A stretch of 64,000 nucleotides of DNA, taken from an uncultured Holophagae bacterium (GTDB lineage Bacteria; Acidobacteriota; Thermoanaerobaculia; Thermoanaerobaculales; Sulfomarinibacteraceae). The notes under the pieces were generated by a model that made no database searches, was not told the origin of the DNA, and saw nothing but the letters and a program-made list of their open reading frames with translations. The position numbers were made by a program, and so were the translations under genes. Location of the stretch: assembly GCA_963797055.1 (NCBI GenBank), contig CAWCOD010000016.1:27736-91735 (forward strand). The letters run 5' to 3'. Positions 46,435-55,604 of the stretch are shown here, piece by piece; the stretch's first letter is position 1; the number at the start of each line of letters is the position of its first letter.

Positions 46435-46626
46435 CTTTGTAGCGCAGCCGTCCCGGCTGCACATCTCGCTCCTTAAATCTGGGTGGGCGGGGGAACTTTC
46501 AACCTTCAACCGACCCATTCAGGCCAGAGGCCCGGGCTACAACCCACCGTTGTGGCGCAGCCGTCCCGGCTGCATTTCCCACCTCGATTGAATGCACGAA
46601 TGCAGGCGTCCCGCCTGCTCCACAAT
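46435..46626. repeat. Two adjacent TJ elements; the first carries a GB-STR module inserted in its loop
   Basis: Left arm 46435-46461. Insert 46462-46519 contains G-box CTGGGTGGGCGGGGG and aactttcaaccttcaacc. Right arm CAGGCCAGAGGCCCGGGCTACAA at 46520-46542. Second element at 46550-46626. Confidence 0.8.
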
Positions 46627-46632
46627 CAGTCT

Positions 46633-46712
46633 CCGGGTGGGTGGTTTCTTCGATCTTCGATCTTTGTTTTTCGACCGGCAACGACAATGGTAACGGGCTC
46701 GGGCTCGGGTCC
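46633..46712. repeat. GB-STR composite duplicating 20511-20604
   Basis: CCGGGTGGGTGG, tttcttcgatcttcgatctttgtttttcg, accggcaacgacaatggtaacgggctcgggctcgggtcc. Confidence 0.85.
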
Positions 46713-46738
46713 ACAGCTCCATGCCAGACGGGCGGGGC

Positions 46739-47200
46739 TCACTCCACCAGAGGGACCTCCGCGGCAAGCTCGTTGTTGATCACCGCATCCAGCTTGTTCT
46801 CGATCTGGAAGAAACGCGTCACCTTGAGTTCGGGCAGGATCTTGCGGAACTTCTTGGCGTATTTCTTCTTCAGCTTCAGGTCCTTGTCCTCGATGTCGAG
46901 CCATTCATCGAGCATCGTCTTTGCCATGTCGTCGGTCATCACGCCGTAGTTGTCGGAGTAGTCCATGATCAGCTTGACCTCGCGGTCGCCGAGAGACGCC
47001 TGTTCGCTCTGATACTCCCGATAAAGAGGCCAGAAGACATCGGCCTCGGCCGACGTGAGGCCCATCCCCGACGCGACCAGTGCCTGGCGCTCGGTCTGGA
47101 TCACCGACCTGGTGAGCTCGATCTCGTTTTGAATCTCCTGCGCACTCGCCATTGAAGCGAAGACCACGACCGCCACCAAAATCCGAAGAACGTTTTTCAT
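46739..47200 (-). CDS. Small periplasmic helical protein, paralog B (hypothetical)
   Basis: 153 aa. Signal MKNVLRILVAVVVFASMASAQ. VIQTERQALV and FFQIENKLDAVINNELAAEVPLVE. Confidence 0.6.
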   Translation of the reverse strand: MKNVLRILVAVVVFASMASAQEIQNEIELTRSVIQTERQALVASGMGLTSAEADVFWPLYREYQSEQASLGDREVKLIMDYSDNYGVMTDDMAKTMLDEWLDIEDKDLKLKKKYAKKFRKILPELKVTRFFQIENKLDAVINNELAAEVPLVE

Positions 47201-47317
47201 CTCAATTCCTCCGCCTATTTCTCCTTACCTCAACTGAGGGTCTCGACTCTCGATTCCCATGCCATGACGTATTTCCACTATGATGGCCGCCAATGCCAAA
47301 CAAAGGATAATCAAAAC

Positions 47318-49252
47318 ATGGCAAACAACGACACCCGGCATGGACTTCGCCGATGGATCAAAATCGCCATCGCTGTGATGATCGCGGTGGAACTGGTCTA
47401 CGTCATCGCCGCCAACGTCCTGCTCCGGACCGATGTCCTCGTCAACCTCATCAACAAGAAGCCCGAGAAGATGCTCATCCAGTGGGAGTCGGCCTCGACC
47501 TGGTTGCCTGGCGTCGTCCACGTCGAGGGCTTCAGCCTGCGCAACCAGAGCAAGAAGGTCCAAATCTATCTCACGCTCGAGCGGGTGACCGGGGTGATCA
47601 GTCTCTCGAAGCTGCCCTTCAAGACCTTCCATCTTCGCAGCGCGAACGCGTCCAACGTCGATTTCAGATTGCGGACCCGACTCGACGCTCCACGCAAGAA
47701 CGACACGGCCGAGGACCGGCAGCCACAACTGCTTCCGGGCGCCGAGTTCTTTCCCGACATCCCCGGCTATGAAAACCCACCCGACCCCAAACCCGAGGAC
47801 CTCTATCCGCGCAAGAAAAAGAAAACCGCCAGCCCATGGACATTGAGCTTCAACGGCATCGACGTGGACGGGAAATTTCAGATCGCCATCAACCGGGTAC
47901 GACTCAACGCCGACGGCTCTGTCAAGGGCGGTATGAACTACAGACTGCGAGACGCGATCCACATCCGGCGGGCGAAGCTCGATTTGAAAAACGCCCGGTT
48001 CCTGTTCGATTCCGAGCCCGCCAGCGACAACCTGGAACTCCGGGTCGACTCCAAATGGCGGCCGTTCCCGGCGAAGGGTTCCAAGCTCCCGCAGATTATC
48101 CAGGGTATTTCGGGTGATTTCACGATTCGCGGAGATTTCTTGCCCAAAGTGTCCAAGAAGACCCGGATCGTTCCAGGGCTGACCACATTTGGCGCGGGCT
48201 CCCTCGACACGACCTTCCGCCTCGACGACGGCGTCCTCCGATCAGAGGGCTCCTACGCGTTCAGCTCAGACGACTTCACCCTGCAGATCATGGAACTCGA
48301 CATCAAGGGCTCGGCCAAGGTCTCAGGCTCGACCACCAAGGGCGATGGAGCCGACGTCACCGACATGCACCTCGAGTTCGACGGGTACTCGGTGGTCGAT
48401 CGGTCCAATTCCAAGGTGGGAATCGACGGGACCGGTCTGACCCTCGACGCGTCGTGGAACGATCTCGCTCTGGTCGGCGGCATCCCCCCGTCGTCGGTGG
48501 ACATCGTGCTCCCCAAGACCATGATCGAGGACGTCAGCGTCCTCGGGGTTCTGATTCCATCCACCGACGACGTGGCTCTCAGATCGGGAACCGGAGAGGT
48601 TGAGAGCACACTCTCGGTGGACGCGGACGGGATGGCGTCCGGCACGGTCAATCTGGATGCCGAAGACATCACCATCGAGGTCATGGGGGCTCCGATGCGC
48701 GCCGACCTCGCGGTGAACGCCAGCCTCCTCGAAGGTGACCTGGACGCCAAGCGGTTCAAGCTCGAAGACACCTCTGTCAAGTTGACCGACGTCGTCGGTC
48801 TGGCTCCGACCAAGAAATCGAAGCCCGTCGAGCCGTGGTGGACCACCGTGGATCTGGCTCATGGAACCGTGACCTTCGGCGCCCCGTTGACCGCCAGCGG
48901 ATCGGTTCGTCTGCGGATGCTCGACACGCGGGCGATCGTGGCCATGCTCTCAGGCATCGTCAAGACCCCAAAGTGGATGTCGCTGATGCCGAACGTCAAG
49001 AATGTGGACGGGAAGGCGATGGTTGACATCGGAGGCGGCTACCAGAACTTCGACGACGCTCAGATCACCGGGGACAAGCTGAATATCCAAGGCTGGATGC
49101 ACCTCGTGCCAAAGGCTTCCAACGGCCGGATCTACGCCAAGTACAAGGGCCTCGACACGGGTATATCGATCACCGACGGCAAGGGCAAGCTCCACGTTTC
49201 CAAACCGCGCAAGTGGTTCGAAGGCGAAACTGGAGTGAAGCTCGCTGACTGA
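47318..49252 (+). CDS. N-terminally anchored beta-rich envelope protein, AsmA/TamB-like by architecture (hypothetical)
   Basis: ATG at 47318. One N-terminal TM (WIKIAIAVMIAVELVYVIAANVLL), then about 600 aa of repetitive beta-strand-like sequence. No catalytic motif. Confidence 0.4.
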   Translation: MANNDTRHGLRRWIKIAIAVMIAVELVYVIAANVLLRTDVLVNLINKKPEKMLIQWESASTWLPGVVHVEGFSLRNQSKKVQIYLTLERVTGVISLSKLPFKTFHLRSANASNVDFRLRTRLDAPRKNDTAEDRQPQLLPGAEFFPDIPGYENPPDPKPEDLYPRKKKKTASPWTLSFNGIDVDGKFQIAINRVRLNADGSVKGGMNYRLRDAIHIRRAKLDLKNARFLFDSEPASDNLELRVDSKWRPFPAKGSKLPQIIQGISGDFTIRGDFLPKVSKKTRIVPGLTTFGAGSLDTTFRLDDGVLRSEGSYAFSSDDFTLQIMELDIKGSAKVSGSTTKGDGADVTDMHLEFDGYSVVDRSNSKVGIDGTGLTLDASWNDLALVGGIPPSSVDIVLPKTMIEDVSVLGVLIPSTDDVALRSGTGEVESTLSVDADGMASGTVNLDAEDITIEVMGAPMRADLAVNASLLEGDLDAKRFKLEDTSVKLTDVVGLAPTKKSKPVEPWWTTVDLAHGTVTFGAPLTASGSVRLRMLDTRAIVAMLSGIVKTPKWMSLMPNVKNVDGKAMVDIGGGYQNFDDAQITGDKLNIQGWMHLVPKASNGRIYAKYKGLDTGISITDGKGKLHVSKPRKWFEGETGVKLAD

Positions 49253-49301
49253 CCGTCAGCTCCTTTTTCTGCCCTGAGTCCTTCTCGACAATACCGCCGG
49301 C

Positions 49302-49411
49302 CTTTGTAGCGCAGCCGTCCCGGCTGCCCTGGCCATTGTGGAGCAGCCGTCCCGGCTGCAGCTCTCGCCTCGGTTCAACCCTCGACTGCAGGCCAGAGGC
49401 CTGCGCTACAA
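49302..49411. repeat. TJ element with duplicated left arm
   Basis: CTTTGTAGCGCAGCCGTCCCGGCTGC, ATTGTGGAGCAGCCGTCCCGGCTGCA, spacer, CTGCAGGCCAGAGGCCTGCGCTACAA. Confidence 0.85.
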
Positions 49412-49440
49412 ACCATCCCCAACCTCCCGGCCACCCACCC

Positions 49441-49557
49441 GGGTGAGAAGGAGTGAAGGGGAGAAGGGGAATGTGGCGATCCGGGCGGGAGGGCCCTCTC
49501 ACCCTCTCACCCTCTCACCTTCTCACCTTCTCACCCTCTCACCTTCTCACCCTCTCC
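49441..49557. repeat. Inverted STR pair (GGTGAGAAG-type versus CTCACCYT x8)
   Basis: gggtgagaaggagtgaaggggagaagggga (49441-49470) faces eight CTCACCCT/CTCACCTT units (49494-49557). The right array encodes the last residues (GRGEGEKVRG*) of the MFS gene. Confidence 0.8.
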
Positions 49558-50817
49558 ACGCCCCCCATCCACAAAGTAGAGAAGCGTCGCGCCGCCGAGG
49601 AACAAGACCAGCAGCGACAGGATGCCCGCCCGTGGGTTGCCGGTGACCACGCCCACCCAGCCTACGAGCACCGGGCCCACCACTGCAGCCGCCTTGCCGA
49701 GCATGTTGTAGAAGCCGAAGAATTCGGCCGATTTGTCCTGGGGAATGATGCCGGCGAAGAACGAACGCGACAGCGCCTGGACGCCCCCCTGGACGAGCCC
49801 GATGGTCACCGCCATGGCGTAGAACTCCCACTGCTCGCTCATGAAGAAGGCCCAGAATGTGACCCCCACATACACCGCGATGGCGATCAGAATCCCGGTC
49901 TTCGCACCCAAACGCGCCCCCAGCCGGCCAAAGACGATGGCTGCCGGGAAGCCCACAAACTGGGTAATGAGCAGGGCCACGATCAGCCCATTGGGGCCGA
50001 AGCCCAGCGCCATGCCGTAGTCCACCGCCATCCGAATGATCGTGTCCACGCCGTCGATGTAGAGCCAGTAGGCCACGAGGAAGAGAAAGACCGTCTTGAG
50101 TTGTCGGATCTCTCGGAAGGTCTGGACCAACTGTTCAAGACCTCCGCGAACGGCGGCCGCGAGATCTGGACCTTTGTCGACCTTCCGCTCCTTGACGAAG
50201 AGAAACAGGGGGATAGAGAAGACGGCCCACCAGACGGCGGTCAGCAGAAACGACAGACGAACCGCGTCGGCCGCATTCTCCAGACCAAACCTGGCAGGCC
50301 ACATGGTCATGGCCGTACATCCGGCCAACAGCAGCCCGCCACCGAGGTATCCCAGAGAGAAACCCAGGGCCGACACCACGTGGTAGCGGTCCTTGCTGGT
50401 GACCAGGACGATCAGGGCGTCATAGAAGACGTTTCCGCCCATGAAGCCGATGTTGGCCAAAACAAAGAGCACGATCGCCGCCGCCCAGTGACCCTTCGCG
50501 ACCCAGAACAATGCGCCCGTGGTGGACACCCCCAGAATGAGGAAGGCGCATAGGAACCGCTTCTTCATCCCTCCGCGGTCGGCGATGGCGCCGAGGACCG
50601 GGCCCAGGACGACGATGGCGAGGCCGGCGATGGAGTTGGCAAAGCCGAGCCGGAAGGTGATGTTTGCGCTTTCTGAACCTACGCTCCAGAAATCGCGGAA
50701 GAAAATCGGATAGAAGCTCGCCAGGATGATCGTGGCGAAGGCCGAGTTGGCCCAGTCGTAGGCGGCCCAGGACAGGACCTGCCGTCTGTCCCTGTCTCCA
50801 GTTTTCATCTCCAACAC
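49531..50817 (-). CDS. MFS transporter, UMF1/Atg22-like family
   Basis: 428 aa. N-terminal LSWAAYDWANSAF motif and 12 TM helices. Confidence 0.7.
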   Translation of the reverse strand: MLEMKTGDRDRRQVLSWAAYDWANSAFATIILASFYPIFFRDFWSVGSESANITFRLGFANSIAGLAIVVLGPVLGAIADRGGMKKRFLCAFLILGVSTTGALFWVAKGHWAAAIVLFVLANIGFMGGNVFYDALIVLVTSKDRYHVVSALGFSLGYLGGGLLLAGCTAMTMWPARFGLENAADAVRLSFLLTAVWWAVFSIPLFLFVKERKVDKGPDLAAAVRGGLEQLVQTFREIRQLKTVFLFLVAYWLYIDGVDTIIRMAVDYGMALGFGPNGLIVALLITQFVGFPAAIVFGRLGARLGAKTGILIAIAVYVGVTFWAFFMSEQWEFYAMAVTIGLVQGGVQALSRSFFAGIIPQDKSAEFFGFYNMLGKAAAVVGPVLVGWVGVVTGNPRAGILSLLVLFLGGATLLYFVDGGRGEGEKVRG

Positions 50818-50890
50818 CCTATCACCGGTAGATACAAAACGCGCCGCCCATCGGCGGCGCGTTTGAATAACTCAGGCAAAAATAGAATGC

Positions 50891-51466
50891 CTAATTGAGT
50901 TTGTCGTTCTGCCAGTACTTGGTGCCGGCGACGTCGGCGTTCGCCATCAAACCCTTGTCTGAGATCTGGTAGATTGCGATGCCGTTGACAAAGCCGGTCT
51001 GGGCGCCGGCGCCGGTCCCACCGGCCTGCGCGCTGGCGGAGGCATCGGCCTGCCAACCTTTCTCGACGAAGTTGTTAAAGGTCTTCTCGTCCTGGAACAG
51101 GAACAACACCTGGTATTTCTTGCCGCCGATACCAAAGCCAACTCCGACAGTCCCCATCTTCATGTAGGTCCGGGCACCGGACTTCTTGTTCACCGCAACA
51201 CCGTGGCCGCCCCCACCGGAGAATCCGAAGGCGATCTTGAGGTTGTCGAAGGCTGCCCATCCATACGCGTCCTTGTAGAGCGCGCTGGCCTTTTCGTGGT
51301 CCGAGACCACGTCCTTCAAGGTCTTATCGGCCGTCTCGTCGATCTTGGCCCGCTTGGCGGCTTGATCGAGGTCCTCCCAGCTGTCCTCGGCGAGGGCCGA
51401 ACCGGTCGGAGCTAAAAAGCCCACCACGGTCATGACAACTACCAACGAACGCAACACCAATTTCAT
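50891..51466 (-). CDS. SYLF (Ysc84/DUF500)-like secreted protein, copy 1
   Basis: ATG at 51466 after GAGGAG, with a signal peptide. Gly-rich beta motifs GFSGGGGHGVAV...VGVGFGIGGKKYQVLFLFQ...ASASAQAGG...GLMANADVAGTKYW. Confidence 0.5.
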   Translation of the reverse strand: MKLVLRSLVVVMTVVGFLAPTGSALAEDSWEDLDQAAKRAKIDETADKTLKDVVSDHEKASALYKDAYGWAAFDNLKIAFGFSGGGGHGVAVNKKSGARTYMKMGTVGVGFGIGGKKYQVLFLFQDEKTFNNFVEKGWQADASASAQAGGTGAGAQTGFVNGIAIYQISDKGLMANADVAGTKYWQNDKLN

Positions 51467-51528
51467 CGTCCAACTCCTCATTCTGGTCGTGCCGCACGCC
51501 GCAAACCGCGGACAAAGCGGCTGGGTTC

Positions 51529-52134
51529 TTAATCCACCGTCTTATTCAGCTTCTTGTTCTTCCAATATTTGGTTCCGGCGATATCCGCACTGGCCATCAG
51601 GCCGCCCTTGGTGAGCTGGTAGATCGCGATGCCGTTGGTGAATGTCGTCTGGGCGTTGGCACCCTCAACGCCGGCGACGGCCTGCGCCCCGGCGTCGGCC
51701 TGCCAGCCGTTCTCCACGAAGTTGTAGAACGAGCCCTTGTCCTGAAAGAAGAAGATCAGGTCGTAGGACTGGCCGCCGATGCCGAACCCGACGCCCGCTG
51801 TCGCCATCTTCATGTAGAAGCGCTCGCCGGTCTCCTTGTCCACCGCGACACCGTTGCCTCCGCCTCCGGAGAAGACAAATGCGGCCTTCATGCTCCGGAA
51901 CGCCGCCCAACCGTAGGCCTTGTCGAAAAGCGTATCTGACTTGATGCTGGTGGCAAGGAGCCTCTCCAGACCCTGGTCCGCGATTTCATCGCGCCTCAGC
52001 CTTTTGGCCTCCCGCTCCACCTCTCTCCAATCGTCGCTGTCGGCGCCCTGCGCCCACGCCGTCGAACCCGACAGGAGCAGCAACAGCCCCACGACCATCG
52101 CACCGAGTTTCAGCCCGCAGTTTTTCTCAGCCAT
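51529..52134 (-). CDS. SYLF (Ysc84/DUF500)-like secreted protein, copy 2 (tandem paralog)
   Basis: ATG at 52134 after GGAGGAG. Same motif order as copy 1 (FSGGGGNGVAV...AGVGFGIGGQSYDLIFFFQ...GLMASADIAGTKYW). Confidence 0.5.
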   Translation of the reverse strand: MAEKNCGLKLGAMVVGLLLLLSGSTAWAQGADSDDWREVEREAKRLRRDEIADQGLERLLATSIKSDTLFDKAYGWAAFRSMKAAFVFSGGGGNGVAVDKETGERFYMKMATAGVGFGIGGQSYDLIFFFQDKGSFYNFVENGWQADAGAQAVAGVEGANAQTTFTNGIAIYQLTKGGLMASADIAGTKYWKNKKLNKTVD

Positions 52135-52322
52135 CAGCTCTCTCCTCCACCGATTGGATGTGACCGACAGATGATACCTGCAGCCCATCGATACCGCAAC
52201 GAAACTCTCTGGCTCCCGCTTTCGTTCCCGTCCCGGAAACGACCGTCAAGGTGACCGGAAACACCGCATCCCCTCCTCGACAGATCGATACCAGGAGCCC
52301 CGCAGCGCACACCGCCTGTCCG

Positions 52323-52613
52323 TCACTCGCAGGCCACCTGCGACCATCCCCCACGAACCGCTGTACCGCCACAGTAGGCCTTGCCGGAACTGTTCGGATT
52401 GTTGAGGTAGCCGAGAATACTGGAGCAGGTTTCGCCTTCCCCGGGCGCGACCTCGCACACACCGGAGTATCGCGGATTGGTGAAACAACACCTGTCCGCC
52501 GCCACCGCATCCGAACTCGACGCATCTTCGCTGGTCGCCACGGCAAATGTCGCGACGACCGCCACCGCCAGAACACAACACGCCAACAGACTCAGCCGGA
52601 CCTTCGCATTCAT
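52323..52613 (-). CDS. Small secreted cysteine-rich protein (hypothetical)
   Basis: 96 aa with a signal/TM. Mature part has 6 Cys (RCCFTNPRYSGVCEV...ETCSS...AYCGG...VACE*). Coding status not proven. Confidence 0.4.
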   Translation of the reverse strand: MNAKVRLSLLACCVLAVAVVATFAVATSEDASSSDAVAADRCCFTNPRYSGVCEVAPGEGETCSSILGYLNNPNSSGKAYCGGTAVRGGWSQVACE

Positions 52614-52671
52614 TTTTCACCTCCCGTGGTTGGTACCACAGAGGATACCCTACTCCGCCCATCGTGTGTGG

Positions 52672-52749
52672 TTTGTAGCGCAGGCGTCTCGGCTGCATCG
52701 CTCGCTTCGATTCAAAGCAAGACTGCAGGCCGGAGGCCTGCTCCACAAT
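52672..52749. repeat. TJ element
   Basis: TTTGTAGCGCAGGCGTCTCGGCTGCA, spacer TCGCTCGCTTCGATTCAAAGCAAGA, CTGCAGGCCGGAGGCCTGCTCCACAAT. Confidence 0.85.
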
Positions 52750-52757
52750 GTCGATCC

Positions 52758-52841
52758 GGGTGGGTGGGGGCCAATTCGCAATATCGCAATTCGCAATTTT
52801 CAAAGGGCGGGCGGGGAGTCTTCGTTCTTCGATATTTGATC
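52758..52841. repeat. GB-STR modules abutting the kinase stop codon
   Basis: GGGTGGGTGGGGG followed by ccaattcgcaatatcgcaattcgcaatttt. GGGCGGGCGGGG followed by agtcttcgttcttcgatatttgatc. Confidence 0.8.
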
Positions 52842-55561
52842 TAGATCGGTCGGTCGGCATAGCGCTCCACGGCGCGGCCGAGGACTGCGACCAGCGCCCC
52901 CACCAGACCGAGCACGAGCACCAGTCCGATGGCCAGGTAGCCACCCTGGGCGAACCACGCACCGCGCACCGTGGTCATGGGGAATGCGGTCAGTAGACCG
53001 CACGCGAGCAACGCTGCCACCAGGGTCAGAAGACCGAACCGGTAGAGCAGGACGAGCACCATCGCGCCACCGACCACCCCGAGGGTGGCGATGGACAACG
53101 GCATATGGGTGCCGCGTTCGATGCCGAAGTTCAACGCGATCAGACCGGCGAAGGCGCCCCACGCCAGCCACCGCGGCTTCAGCCACCGGCTCAGCAGGGC
53201 GAAGAGCACCGCCGACAGCAGTCCACCAACAATGGCACCTTCAACCTGCCCCAGCGCGGCGGCCAGCATGGAACCGAGGCCCACGGTCGCGTTGAGCTGA
53301 TCCGCGCCCAAAAAGCCCCAGGTCGGGTCCATACCAAAAGCCGCGACGACGATCCGATCCACCTCCACCGCCATCGCCAGGACCGTCCCCGCCAGCGCGC
53401 CGACCAGCAGGCCGTATCCCACCGACCTGTCGATGACATCGCCCGCGAGCAATCGGTTCCAGGCGATCAGGGCCTGCGGTCGGTAGCGACGAACCAGGGG
53501 TTCGAGCCCGACGTAACACAGGCCCACCGCCAACGCTCCCAGACAGATATCCACCACAAAACCGAGCAGAGTCATGCCGGACGAAACCAGCGGGTGCTCC
53601 GGCCGGCCGGCAGACAGGGCCGCCGCCAGCAGTCCCACCACGAGCACCACCGCCGCCAGCACGCCGGCTCTCCTCAGATCGCTTCGGTCGTGCACGATGG
53701 AGTAAGCGCCAAGGGCGAAGGCCACCAGAACGATCAGCAGATACAACGGGGCTCGAACCCATCGCTCCAACCTCGCCCGGCGCCGCAGCTGCTCGTGTCG
53801 TGCCGGCGACTCCTGATCCACCGCCTCCGCCGCAAAGTAGACCGGCAGGCCCTCGAACGAGGCGGCCTGGACGTGGATCGTCGCCCCCGGCCGCCTCGGA
53901 TCGTCTGCCGTCCACGCCGCCCGCTCGTCGGAGGCAACCGGCAGGACGGCCTGGAGATCCGGCACCAGCTCGACCCCCTGGAGGCCCGCCGGCTCGAGGA
54001 GCAGTGACCAGTCAAAATCCTCCGAGTTGCCCACCACTCCACCGACCCTCGAGCCGAAGGACGTCCCGACATTTAAAAAGACCAGTTCACCGGTGGGGTC
54101 GAGCATCACGAAGAGCGGCTCCCTTGTGATCGCCTCGGCACGATCAAACTGTCCGAACAATCCTCCGGTATCGAAGGCCCGCGCCACGAAATCCGGTAGC
54201 GGCCGGGTTCCCTCTTGGCGATACCAGAACAGAACCCGGTCCACTGGATCCGCGGCAGCCACGTTGTCCAGAAAACCCCAATCGGCCGCACTCGAACCGT
54301 CCCCGAGAGTGAGATCATCCAGCAACCGTTCCGATTGGTCTGCAAGCACCTCCGGCGCCTTGAAACGACCCACGCCTTCTAAGACCGCCGACGGCTCGGC
54401 GAGCACCAGAACACCGGCGAGCAGGGCGGCAAGCACCACGACCAACAGCCAGGGGCTGGATCGTTTGAATGGCCGATCGATTGTGGCAGCGGCCACGATC
54501 TCCGGATTGACGAGTGCGCCCACCTCCACCGCCATGGCCAGCGGGTCCCCACCCGGCAGCTCGGCGGCCATGGCCAGAGCCGATGGCGGCCGATCTTCGG
54601 GCGCGCGGGAGATGGCCTTCATGATGACGCGCTCGAGCTGCGGGTCCACGCCGTCCACCAACTCGGAAGGCGGGGACGGTCTGTTTCGCATCTTGGCTCG
54701 GAAGATCTCGGTGAACCCCGACTCTTTAAAGAGCTTCTCTCCGGTGAGGAGCTCGTAAAGCACAAGTCCTGTGGCGTAGAGATCGGCGGTCGGACCCACT
54801 TCGCCGTCCGGGTTGAGCTGCTCCGGCGCCATGTAGGCGGGAGTGCCCGCGATCCCGTCGCGGTCGTCATCCTCCTTGGTCACAGCGATTCCAAAATCGG
54901 TGATTCGAACCCGACCCTCGCCGTCGATCATGATGTTGGCGGGTTTGAGGTCGCGATGAATGACACCCTTCGCGTGGGCCGCGGCGAGGCCGCCGCAGGT
55001 CTGATTGGCAATGTCCACCACCTTGTCCGACGGCAGCCGTCCGATGCGGGACAACAACGACGCCAGGTCCTCTCCATCGACGTACTCCATGGTGAAGTAC
55101 AGCCGATCGCCCTCGCTACCGACGTCGAAGACCCGGCATACCGCCGGATGGGTGACCTCCCGCGACAGCCGCACTTCCTTGAGCAGCCGCTCCCGCAGAT
55201 CGGGCCGGTAGCCGAGCACGAACTTGATGGCCACCGGGACGTCGAGCACGGTGTCGTGAGCTCGGTAGACCTCCCCCATGGCGCCTCGTCCCAGAAGCGA
55301 GATGATCTGGTAGCGGTCGGCGAAGACATCTCCCGCCGAGAACTCCTTTGTCTCGGCTGTGGGAGGCGGCGGCGGGGGTACAGGCTTCGCCATGACCCTC
55401 GACACATCGATGGTCGAATCCTCTCCCTCGAGCAGGGCCTCCACGATCCGGCGGAGCTCACCGTCGTCGGCGCATTCCCGGTCGAGGAAGAGTTCGCGCT
55501 CGGGCCCGTGCAGTTCCACGGCCCGTTCGAACAGTTCCATCGCCCGTTGTTCTCGATCCAT
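52841..55561 (-). CDS. Ser/Thr protein kinase with a large C-terminal ecto-domain and polytopic membrane region
   Basis: ATG at 55561. Kinase motifs VAIK, HRDLKPANIMI, DFG and GTPAYMAPEQ. A TM at about aa 390, a ~200-aa hydrophilic segment, then at least 8 further TM helices. Confidence 0.8.
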   Translation of the reverse strand: MDREQRAMELFERAVELHGPERELFLDRECADDGELRRIVEALLEGEDSTIDVSRVMAKPVPPPPPPTAETKEFSAGDVFADRYQIISLLGRGAMGEVYRAHDTVLDVPVAIKFVLGYRPDLRERLLKEVRLSREVTHPAVCRVFDVGSEGDRLYFTMEYVDGEDLASLLSRIGRLPSDKVVDIANQTCGGLAAAHAKGVIHRDLKPANIMIDGEGRVRITDFGIAVTKEDDDRDGIAGTPAYMAPEQLNPDGEVGPTADLYATGLVLYELLTGEKLFKESGFTEIFRAKMRNRPSPPSELVDGVDPQLERVIMKAISRAPEDRPPSALAMAAELPGGDPLAMAVEVGALVNPEIVAAATIDRPFKRSSPWLLVVVLAALLAGVLVLAEPSAVLEGVGRFKAPEVLADQSERLLDDLTLGDGSSAADWGFLDNVAAADPVDRVLFWYRQEGTRPLPDFVARAFDTGGLFGQFDRAEAITREPLFVMLDPTGELVFLNVGTSFGSRVGGVVGNSEDFDWSLLLEPAGLQGVELVPDLQAVLPVASDERAAWTADDPRRPGATIHVQAASFEGLPVYFAAEAVDQESPARHEQLRRRARLERWVRAPLYLLIVLVAFALGAYSIVHDRSDLRRAGVLAAVVLVVGLLAAALSAGRPEHPLVSSGMTLLGFVVDICLGALAVGLCYVGLEPLVRRYRPQALIAWNRLLAGDVIDRSVGYGLLVGALAGTVLAMAVEVDRIVVAAFGMDPTWGFLGADQLNATVGLGSMLAAALGQVEGAIVGGLLSAVLFALLSRWLKPRWLAWGAFAGLIALNFGIERGTHMPLSIATLGVVGGAMVLVLLYRFGLLTLVAALLACGLLTAFPMTTVRGAWFAQGGYLAIGLVLVLGLVGALVAVLGRAVERYADRPI

Positions 55562-55604
55562 GACGATTACGATACCAGTACACGGTCTTCCCCGTGCTCG
55601 GTCA

